Below the pieces are notes generated by a model. The model had not been told where the DNA came from and searched no databases. It was given only the letters and a program-made list of their open reading frames with translations. A stretch of DNA of 60,303 nt from Centroscyllium fabricii (taxonomy: Eukaryota). The stretch covers positions 1 through 60,303 of the forward strand of contig JBNRSN020001110.1 in the NCBI GenBank assembly GCA_051313645.2, given 5' to 3'. The number at the start of each line of letters is the position of its first letter. Position 1 is the first letter of the stretch. This document shows positions 50,477 to 60,303 of this stretch, piece by piece. Made by a program: the position numbers and the translations under genes.

Positions 50477-51819
50477 TACTGGTTTATCGTAAAAACTAAT
50501 GTCTTTTAGGGAATGAAATCTGCAGTCCTTACCAATCCAGCCAAAATGTGACTCCAGCCATGTGGTTGACTCTTAACTGCCCTCAAACCGCTACGACAAA
50601 TGATGAGAATAAAATTTACCTAGGCATCGGATTCCGACACGACAAAGGCACAGCCCAGCCCAGTCGACCCTGCAGGTCCTCCTCACTAACACTTGGGGAC
50701 TTGTGCCAAAATTGTGAGGGCTGTCCCACATACTAGCCAAACAACCAGCATGTGAATGCTGAGTGTATGATCCTTCTTGGCCTTCTCCGGAGGTCCCCAC
50801 CATCACAGAAGCCAGTATTCAGACAATTTCATTCATTCCACATGATATCAAGAAATGGCTGAGCGCACTGGATACAGCAAAGGCCATGAGCCCTGGCAGT
50901 GCTGAAGACTGGTGCTCCAAAACTAGCCGTGCCTTTAATCAAGCTGTTCCAGTACAGCTACAACACTGGCATTTACCCGACAAAGAAGAAAATTGCCCAG
51001 GTATGTCCTGTCCACAAATCCAATCTGGCTAATTACTGCCCCATCAGTCTACTCTCAATCATCAGCAAAGTGATCAAGATGTCAAGCTATCAAGTGGCAC
51101 TTACTTACCTGCTCACCGATGCTCAGTTTGGATTCTGCCAGGACCACTCGGCTCCAAACTTCATTAGCGCTTTGGTCCAAAATGGAAAAAAGAGCTGAAT
51201 TCCAGAGGTGAGGTGAGAATGACTGTCCCTGACATCAAGGCAGCATTTGGCCGAGTGTAGCATCAAGGAGCCCTAGCAAAACTGAAGTCAATGAGAATCG
51301 GGGGAAAATTCTCCACTGGCTGGAGTCATACCTCACACAAAGGAAGGTGGTTGATGGGGGCCAATCATCTCAGCCCCAAGACATCACTGCAGGAGTTCCT
51401 AGGGCAATATCCTAGGCCCAACCACCTTCAGCTGCTTCATCAATGACCTTGCTTCCATCATAAGGTCAGAAGTGGGGATGTTTGTTGATGACTGCTCAAT
51501 GTTCAGTTCCATTCGCAACTCTTCAGATAATGACCATGATGTGGAGGTGCCGGTGTTGGACTGGGGTGGACAAATGTAAGAAGTCACACAACACCAGGTT
51601 ATAGTTCAACAGTTTTATTTGAAATCACAAGCTTTCGGAGCGTTGCTCCTTCATGAGGTGAAGTGAAGAGATGCATAATACACAGCATATATAGTCAGAA
51701 AACAATGTAATCTTTCCAACTGCCCTTCATCACACCTCGGCAGAGAGACATTCATAGCAATCAAAGGTGTGAATGGTGTTCAAACAAATCAATCAGGCAG
51801 GCACCATCCGAAGAACAAT

Positions 51820-52483
51820 GAAGGCAAATGGTATGTTGGCCTTCATATCAAGAGGGTTCGAGTATCGGAATAAGGATACCTTACTGCAGCTGTACAAGGC
51901 ACTGGTGAGACCACACCTCGAGTATTGTGTACAGTTCTGGTCGCCTCGCCTGAGGAAGGATGTTCTTGCCATGGAAGGAGTGCAGCGGCGTTTCACCAGG
52001 CTGATTCCTGGAATGGCAGGAATGACCTACGAGGAGAGATTGTGTAGTCTGGGCTTGTACTCGTTGGAGTTTAGAAGATTGAAAGGCGATCTCATTGAGA
52101 CGTATAAAATTCTGAAAGGTCTGGACAGGCTAGATTTAGAGAGAATGTTTCCAATGGCGGGGGAGTCCAGAACCAGGGGCCACAGTCTAAGGATAAGGGG
52201 TAAACCATTTAGGACAGACATGAGGAAGAATTTCTTCACTCAGAGTGGTGGGCCTGTGGAATTCCCTGCCACAGAGGGCGGTGGAGGCCAGTTCATTAAA
52301 CATATTCAAGAGGGAATTGGATATATTTCTTCAAGCTAAAGGGATTAAAGGTTATGGAGAAAAGGCGGGGACGGGGTACTAGCTTGCTAAAGATCAGCCA
52401 TGATCTCATTGAATGGCGGAGCAGGCTCGAAGGGCTGAATGGCCTACTCCTGCTCCTATCTTCTATGATTCTATGATTCTATG
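51820..52483 (+). mobile_element. Young 5'-truncated CR1
   Basis: Nearly identical to 14531-15189. Confidence 0.92.
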
Positions 52484-52510
52484 AAGTGGAGTCACAAAGG
52501 GTCAAATGTT

Positions 52511-55348
52511 TGAAAGAAAGGATATTAACTCTGATGATGCGGAGTCTGTATGGGTAGAATTGAGAAATAACAAGGGTCAAAAAACATTAGTGGGAGTGGT
52601 ATACAGACCTCCAAACAGTAATATGGAGGTTGGGAATGGGATTAAAAAGGAAATTAGAGAAGGTTGCAGTAAGGGCACAGCAGTGATTATGGGGGATTTT
52701 AATTTACATATCGACTGGGCTAACCAAATTAGTAAAAATACTGTTGAGGAGGAATTCATGGAATGTCTACGGGATGGTTTTTTGGAACAATATGTCGAGG
52801 AACCAACCAGAGACCAGGCCATCCTTGACTGGGTATTATGTAACGAGAAAGGAGTAATTACCAATCTTGTGGTAAAGGGGGCCTTGGGTCTGAGTGATCA
52901 TAACATGATAGAATTCTTCATTAGGATGGAGAGTGAGGTAGTAGAATCTGAGACTAGGGTCCTAAATCTAAACAAGGGAAACTATGATGGTATGAGGTGC
53001 GAACTAGGTAGGATTGATTGGGGAATGTCACTCAAAGGGTTGCCGGTGGATCGGCAATGGCAAATATTCAAAGGCCACATGGATGAGCTACAGAAGTTGT
53101 TCATCCCAGTGTGGCACAAGAATAAAATAAAAAGGGTAACGCAACCGTGGCTGACGAAAGAAATTAGGGATAGCATAAGATTAAAGGAAAGGGCATATAA
53201 ACTGGCCAAAAAAACCGGTAACCCTGATGATTGGGAACAGTTTAGGATTCAACAAAGGAGGACAAAAGGATTAGTTAAGAAAGGGAAAATAGAATATGAA
53301 AGTAAGCTTGCAAAGAATATAAAAACAGACTGTAAGAGCTTTTATAGATATGTAAAGAGGAAAAGATTGGTGAAATCAAGTGTAGGTCCCTTACAGTCAG
53401 AAGCAGGAGAAGTGATAATGGGGAACAAAGAAATGGCTGAACAATTAAATTCATATTTTGGCTCTGTGTTTACAAAGGAGGACACAAGTAACCTCCCAGA
53501 GATATTGAGAAAAATAAGGTTTGATGATGGGGAGGAATTGAAGGATATCCGTATTTGCAGGGAAATGGTTTTAGGGAAATTGAAGGGATTGAGGGCCGAT
53601 AAATCCCCGGGGCCTGATGGTCTGCATCCTAGGGTACTTAAGGAGGTAGCCATGGAAATAGTAGATGCATTGCTGATTATCTTCCAGCAATCGATGGAAT
53701 CTGGAACTGTACCCATGGATTGGAGGGTGGCAAATGTTACCCCACTATTCAAGAAGGGTGGTAGGGAGAAAGCAGGAAATTACAGACCAGTAAGCCTGAC
53801 ATCGGTAGTGGGAAAGATGCTGGAGTCCATAATAAAGGATGAAATCACTGAGCACTTGAAAAGCAGCGGCAAGATTGGACAAAGTCAACATGGATTTACA
53901 AAAGGTAAATCATGCTTGACTAATCTGCTGGAATTTTTTGAGGATTTAACTGGGAAAATTGATCAGGGAGAACCAGATGATGTGATATACTTGGACTTTC
54001 AGAAGGCATTCGACAAGGTCCCGCACAAGAGACTAGCATTTAAAGTTAAGGCACATGGGATTGGGGGCAAGGTATTGACTTGGATTGAAAATTGGTTGGC
54101 AGACAGAAAGCAGAGAGTGGGAGTAAATGGGTCTTTTTCTGGGTGGCGGGCAGTGACTAGTGGGGTACCACAGGGCTCAGTCCTGGGACCCCAGCTATTC
54201 ACAATATACATTAATGATTTAGAAAAGGGAACTAAATGTAATGTCTCCAAGTTTGCAGATGACACAAAGCTGGGAGGGCGTGTGTGCTGCGAGAAGGATA
54301 GCAGGATGCTCCAGGATGATTTGGACAGGTTGGGCGAGTGGGCTGATACATGGCAGATGCAGTATAATGTGGATAAATGCGAGGTTATCCACTTTGGGGG
54401 AAAAAATAGAAATGCCGACTATTATCTGAATGGCAATAGATTAGGAGAAAGGGAAGTACAACGAGACCTGGGTGTCCAGTCGCTAAAGGTGAGCATGCAG
54501 GTGCAGCAGGCGGTTAAGAAGGCAAATGGTATGTTGGCCTTCATAGCGAGAGGTTTTGAGTACAGGAATAGGGAGGTCTTGCTGCAGTTGTACAGGGCCT
54601 TGGTGAGACCAAGCCTTGAGTACTGTGTGCAGTTTTGGTCTCCTTATCTAAGGAAGGACGTTCTTGCCATGGAGGGAGTGCAGAGGAGATTCACCAGGCT
54701 GATACCTGGGATGGCAGGATTGACGTATGGGGAGAGACTGGGTAGACTGGGTTTGTACTCTCTGGAGTTTAGAAGATTGAGAGGGGATCTCATCGAAACG
54801 TATAAAATTCTAACTGGTCTGGACAGACTTGATGCAGGAAGATAGGTAGGAGAGTCCAGAACCAGGGGTCATAGTCTAAGGATAAGGGGTGACTCATTTA
54901 GGACGGAGATGAGGAGGAATTTCTTCAGCCAGAGGGTGGTGGGGCTGTGGAATTTGCTGCCCCAGAGAGCTGTGGAAGCTACTACTTTGAATAAATTTAA
55001 AACAGAGATAGACAGTTTCCTGGAAGAAAAGGTAATTAGGGGTTATGGTGAGCGGGCAGGCAAGTGGACGTGAGGATAAGTTCAGATCGGCCATGTGATC
55101 TCCTGGACTAGTTTTCGATCGCTTAGATAGGTCGGAGAGGAATTTCCCAGATTTTTTCTCCTAAATTGGCTACTGGGTTTTTTATCTGGTTTTTCGCCTC
55201 TCCCGGGTGATCACGTGTTTGGGTGGGGTGGAGAGTTAAAATAAAATTGAGGGTGGGATCAGATCAGCCATGATCTTGTTGAATGGCGGAGCAGGCTCGA
55301 GGGGCCGATTGGCCTACTCCTGCTCCTATTTCTTATGTTCTTATGTTG
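52511..55348 (+). mobile_element. 5'-truncated CR1 with a long open ORF2 (779 aa)
   Basis: APE C-terminal half plus RT (GVPQGSVLGP, FADDTKL); TTCTTATG tail; ATGTT on both flanks. Confidence 0.95.
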
Positions 55349-56709
55349 CAATCTGGGATCTGTGTGAAAACCAACACAGAACAATTTTAAAAAAAAAGAT
55401 TTTTCTTGCTGGAAATCGCAGCCGGTACAGCCGCATCTGTGTCGTGAGGACAAGCAAAAGATGACTTGAGTCTGGATGACTCTACGTCAGGTGGGGTTAC
55501 ACGTAGCGTGACATGAAGGCACGATCTCAGTTGAGGCCGTGCTCATGAGTGCGGAACTTGGCTATCAGTTTCTGCTCGATGGTTTTGCGTTGTCGTGTGT
55601 CTCGAAGGCCACCTTGGAGAATGCTTACCCGAAGATCGGAGGCTGAATGTCCTTAACTGCTGAAGTGTTCGCCGACTGGGAGGGAACACTCCTGCCTGGC
55701 GATTGTTGTACGGTGTCCGTTCATCCGTTGTCGTAGTGTCTGCATGGTCTCGCCGATGTACCATGCCCCGGGGCATCCTTTCCTACAACGTATGAGGTAG
55801 ACAACGTTGGCCGAGTCACATGAGTATGTACTATGTACCTGGTGTGTGGTGTCCTCACGTGTGATGATGGTATCTGTGCTGATGATCTGACACGTCTTGT
55901 AGAGGTTGCTGTGGCAGGGTTGTGTGGTGTCGTGGTCGCTGTTCTCGTGGCCAGACTCACCGATCGCTGCGAACGATGATCTGTTTGAGGTTAGGCGGCT
56001 GTTTGAAGGCGCGTAGTGGAGGCGTGGGGATGGCCTTAGCAAGGTGTTCGTCGTCATCGATGACATGTTGAAGGCTGCGAAGAACATGGCGTAGTTTCTC
56101 CGCTCCGGGGAAGTACTGGATGACAAAGGGTACACTGTTGGTTGTGTCCCGTGTTCGTCTTCTGAAGCAGTCTATGCAATTTTTAGCTGTGGCCAGTCGA
56201 GTGTCATCTACAAGATGCACTGCAGCAACTCACCAAAGCTCCTTCAGCACCTTCCAAACCTGCGACCTCTACCACCTAGAAGGACAAGGGCAGCAGGCGC
56301 ATGGGAACACCTCCAAGTCACATACCCTGACTTGGAATATATCACCGTTCCTTGGTCGTCGCTGGGTCAAGCCCTGGAACAACCTCCCTAACAGTACTGT
56401 GGGAGTACCTCCACCACACGGACTGCAGCGGTTCAAGAAGAGCAATTAGGGATGGGCAACAAATGCTGGCATTGGCAGCGACGCCCACATCCCAGGAATG
56501 AACAAAAAAAACCTGACCCCGCAATAACTAGTGTCCCAAGTTACACAACCAGTATAACCTTGAGGCAGTAACCTGTATCACCGATAGAGCTGGCTACAAT
56601 AAGGAGCATAATCCACAATGAGGAGTATAATCCACAATGAGGAGTATAATCCAGACGCCAGTAACTAGTCTCACAGGTTACATTAACACGCTGGACAGGC
56701 CAGACTCAC

Positions 56710-56751
56710 CGATCGTTGGAGCAGGGCCGCCGCCAGGCAACGCGCCGCCAT
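56710..56751 (-). CDS. SDHA: SDHA coding exon 1 ([14 protein letters not shown])
   Basis: ATG in GAAATGG context inside a CpG-rich patch; Arg/Ala/Leu presequence; GTGAGT donor, phase 0, in frame with exon 2. Confidence 0.8.
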
Positions 56752-56930
56752 TTCGCCAACAACTCGCACCTGCGCACTGGTGTGTCGGTGTGGAAGAGTC
56801 CACGCCGGACGGCGGCGGGGGGAGAGTGTGGCCCGTGACTCGCCGCCGCTCTGCAGTAATCAAAGGCCGAGCAGTAAACTATCAGGTAAAACTGGCTCTC
56901 AACAACACCATCTCCTCCGTGAGACGGGGC
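56745..56930 (-). promoter_or_regulatory. Putative SDHA CpG promoter/5' UTR
   Basis: YY1-like AAATGGCGGC over the ATG; NRF1-like TGCGCAGGTGCG at 56765-56776; GC boxes. Confidence 0.55.
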
Positions 56931-59900
56931 GGGGAAGGAGCAGGGGAGAGAGAGGAGAGGGGGTGCGGAGAGAGAGGTGAGGGGGAGAGAGGAGGGAAGG
57001 GAGAGGAGGGAAGAGAGGGGGGGGAGACAGGGAGACGGGGGGGGGAGACAGGGAGGGGAGGGAGGAGGGAGACAGGGAGGGGGAGGGGAGGGAGGAGGGA
57101 GACGGGAGACAGGGAGGAGAGGAGAGGGGGGGGGGGAGACGGGAGGGAGGGGAGGGGGAGACGGGGAGGGAGGGGGAAAAGGGAGGGGAGGGAGACAGGG
57201 AGGGACGGGGGGGGGGGGAGACGGAGGGGAGGGGGGGGGGAGACGGGGAGACAGGGAGGGGAGGGGGGGGGAGACAGGGAGGGGGGGGGGGAGACAGGGA
57301 GGGGGGGGGGGAGACGGGGAGGGGGGGGGGAGACGGGGAGGGGACGGGGAGACGGGGAGGGGGGAGACGGGGAGGGGGGAGACAGGGAGGGGAGGGGGGA
57401 GACAGGGAGGGGAGGGGGGAGACAGGGAGGGGGGGGGGAGACAGGGAGGGGAGGGGGGAAGACAGGGAGGGGGGGGGGGAAGACAGGGAGGGGGGGGGAG
57501 ACAGGGAGGGGAGGGGGAAGACAGGGAGGGGGAAGACAGGGAGGGGGGGGGAGACAGGGAGGGGGGGGGGAAGACAGGGAGGGGGAGGGGGGGGAGACAG
57601 GGAGGGGGGGGGAGACAGGGAGGGAGGGGGGGGGAGACAGGGGGGGGGGGGGAGACGGAGGGGGGGGGAGACAGGGAGGGAGGGGGGGGGAGACAGGGAG
57701 GGAGGGGGGGGGAGACAGGGAGGGGGGGGGGGGAGACAGGGAGGAGGGGGGAGACAGGGAGGGGGGGAGGACAGGGAGGGGGGGGGGAGGACAGGGAGGG
57801 GGGGGGGAGGACAGGGAGGGGGGGAGGGGGGAGACAGGGAGGGGGGGGGAGACAGGGAGGGGGGGGAGACAGAGGAAGGGGGGGGGAGACAGAGAGGGGG
57901 GGGGGGAGACAGAGAGGGGGGGGGGAGACAGAGAGGGGGGGGGAGACAGAGAGAGGGGGGGAGACAGAGGGGGGGGAGACAGAGAGGGGGGGGGAGACAG
58001 AGAGGGGGGGGGAGAGACAGAGAGAGGGGGGCGAGACAGAGAGGGGGGGGGAGGGGGAGACAGAGAGGGGGGGGGAGACAGAGAGAGGGGGGGAGACAGA
58101 GAGAGGGGGGGGGAGAGACAGAGAGGGGGGGAGGGGGAGACAGAGAGGGGGGGAGGGGGAGACAGAGAGGGGGGGGAGACACAGAGGGGGGGGAGGGGGA
58201 GACACAGAGGGGGGGGGACAGGGGGTGGGGGAGGGGGAGACAGAGGGGAGGAGAGGGGGGGGACAGGGGGGGGGGAGGGGGAGAGACAGAGGGGAGGGGA
58301 GGGGGGGAGGGGGAGACAGAGGGGAGGGGAGGGGGGGAGGGGGAGACAGAGGGGAGGGGAGGGGGGGACAGAGGGGAGGGGAGGGGGGAGGGGGAGACAG
58401 AGGGGAGGAGGGAGGGGGAGACAGAGGGGGGGAGGGGGAGACAGAGGGGGGGAAGGGGAGACAGAGAGGGGGGGAGGGGGAGACAGGGGGGGGAGGGGGA
58501 GACAGAGGGGAGAGAGAGGGGGGAGGGGGAGAGAGGGGGGGAGGGGGAGACAGAGAGAGGAGGGGAGGGGGAGACAGAGGGGAGGGGAGGGGGAGAGAGG
58601 GGGGGAGGGGGGAGAGAGGGGGGGNNNNNNNNNNNNNNNNNNNNNNNNNNNNNNNNNNNNNNNNNNNNNNNNNNNNNNNNNNNNNNNNNNNNNNNNNNNN
58701 NNNNNNNNNNNNNNNNNNNNNNNNNNNNNNNNNNNNNNNNNNNNNNNNNNNNNNNNNNNNNNNNNNNNNNNNNNNNNNNNNNNNNNNNNNNNNNNNNNNN
58801 NNNNNNNNNNNNNNGGGGAGGNNNNNNNNNNNNNNNNNNNNNNNNNNNNNNNNNNNNNNNNNNNNNNNNNNNNNNNNNNNNNNNNNNNNNNNNNNNNNNN
58901 NNNNNNNNNNNNNNNNNNNNNNNNNNNNNNNNNNNNNNNNNNNNNNNNNNNNGGGAGAGGGGGGGGAGAGGAGGAGGGGGGGAGGGAGAGAGGGGGGGGA
59001 GGGAGAGAGGGGGGGGAGAGAGGAGGGGGGAGGGAGAGAGGAGGGGGGGGGAGGGAGAGAGGAGGGGAGGAGGAGGGGGGGAGGGAGGGAGAGAGGAGGG
59101 GAGGAGGAGGGGGGAGGGAGGGAGAGAGGAGGGGAGGAGGGAGGGGGGGGGAGAGGAGGAGGGGGGGAGGGAGAGAGGGGGGGGAGGGAGAGAGGGGGGG
59201 GAGAGAGGAGGGGGGAGGGAGAGAGGAGGGGGGGAGGGAGAGAGGAGGGGAGGAGGAGGGGGGAGGGAGGGAGAGAGGAGGGAGGAGGAGGGGGGGAGGG
59301 AGGGAGAGAGGAGGGGAGGAGGGAGGGGGAGGGAGAGAGGAGGGGGGAGGGAGGGGAGGAGGAGGGGGGGGGAGGGAGAGAGGAGGGGGGGAGGGAGAGA
59401 GGAGGGGGGGGAGGGAGAGAGGAGGGGGGGNNNNNNNNNNNNNNNNNNNNNNNNNNNNNNNNNNNNNNNNNNNNNNNNNNNNNNNNNNNNNNNNNNNNNN
59501 NNNNNNNNNNNNNNNNNNNNNNNNNNNNNNNNNNNNNNNNNNNNNNNNNNNNNNNNNNNNNNNNNNNNNNNNNNNNNGGGGGAGGGAGAGAGGAGGGGGG
59601 GGAGGGAGAGAGGAGGGGGGAGGGAGAGAGGAGGGGAGGGAGGGGGAGGAGGGAGAGAGGAGGGAGGGGGGGAGGGAGAGAGGAGGGGGGAGGGAGAGAG
59701 AGAGGGGGGGGAGGGAGAGAGGGGGAGGGAGAGAGGAGGATGGGGGGGGAGAGGAGGAGGGGGGGAGGGGGAGAGGAGGAGGGGGGGAGGGAGAGAGGAG
59801 GAGGGGGGAGGGAGAGAGGGAGGAGGGGGGAGGTGGAGGGGGGGAGGAGGGAGGGGTGGAGGGGGGGAGGGAGAGAGGAGGAGGGGGGAGGTGGAGGAGG

Positions 59901-60303
59901 GGTGGAGGGGGGGGGGAGAGGGGGGAGAGGAGGGAGGGGGGAGAGGAGGGAGGGGGGGGGAGAGGAGGGAGGGGGGAGAGGAGGGAGGGGGGGAGGGGGG
60001 GGGAGAGGAGGGGGGAGGGAGAGGGGGGGAGGGAGAGGAGGGGAGGGAGAGGAGGAGGGGGGGGAGGGAGAGAGAGGAGGAGGGGGAGGGGAGAGGAGGG
60101 GGGGAGGGAGAGAGGGAGAGGAGGAGGAGGGGGGGGAGAGGGAGAGAGGAGGAGGGGGGGGAGGGAGAGAGGAGGAGGGGGGGAGGGAGAGGAGGGAGGA
60201 GGGAGGGGGGAGGAGGGGGGAGGGGAAAGGGGGGAGGAAGAGGAGGGGGGAGAGGAGGAGGGGAGAGAGGAGGGGGGGGTGGAGAGGGGGGGGGGGGGGG
60301 GGG
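56930..60303. repeat. G/A-rich low-complexity satellite ((G)nAGACAG, then GGGAGAGAGGAG-like) with N gaps
   Basis: Direct reading; gaps at about 58625-58951 and 59431-59577. Confidence 0.95.

Larger units (their letters stand above)
49467..50585 (+). mobile_element. Old tRNA-derived SINE interrupted by an HE1 SINE (49532-49870), a Penelope B pLTR (49873-50057) and a MITE
   Basis: ATGATCCGG repeated at 49525 and 50058; body GAGTTCAAATCCCACC...CTAATGTCTTTTAGGGAATGAAATCTGC...GTGGTTGACTCTTAACTGCCCTC. Confidence 0.65.
51535..56200 (-). mobile_element. Penelope family A copy (pLTR 51535-51819, spacer 52484-52510, body 55349-56200)
   Basis: Collinear with 34560-36198 once two CR1 insertions are removed; GIY-YIG WYIGET; hammerhead core mutated to CTCATGA. 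Confidence 0.88.
50600..56512 (+). mobile_element. Old CR1/L2-group LINE remnant (RT 50750-51533; 3' end 56205-56512) split by Penelope and CR1 insertions
   Basis: LDTAKAMSPG...VCPVHK...NYCPISLLSIISKV RT motifs; A-rich end near 56512. Confidence 0.7.

Noticed and set aside
56706-58205. 499-aa and 427-aa Pro-rich ORFs (extensin-like)
   Set aside because: Translations of the C-rich strand of a satellite; low complexity explains the absence of stops.

Overview
Vertebrate genomic DNA, very probably a shark/elasmobranch (HE1-type V-SINEs with CR1 tails, a DeuSINE, shark-type CR1 and Penelope families). The only host gene is SDHA on the minus strand: coding exons 1-3 at 56710-56751, 42328-42417 and 8879-9040, separated by introns of about 14.3 kb and 33.3 kb that are almost entirely nested transposable elements (CR1, Rex1/Babar, Penelope with hammerhead ribozymes, Gypsy, ERV, hAT, Tc1/pogo-type and Harbinger-like MITEs, SINEs). 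Both ends are G-rich satellites, with assembly gaps at the right end. Top observation: DNA transposons that carry host first exons (Pack-TIR-like capture). A hAT-like element at 23248-26468 holds a recognisable QKI exon 1 with upstream promoter-like sequence and splice donor, and TA-flanked MITEs at 47061-47672 and 44094-44419 hold GC-rich promoter/first-exon/donor-like cargo. Also seen: an 18-bp copy of the SDHA exon-1 donor inside a nearby Penelope, a Gypsy-gag/ERV-IN-env chimera with a templated inversion, and an ERV env with an extra N-terminal module. Family names come from recognition, not database searches.
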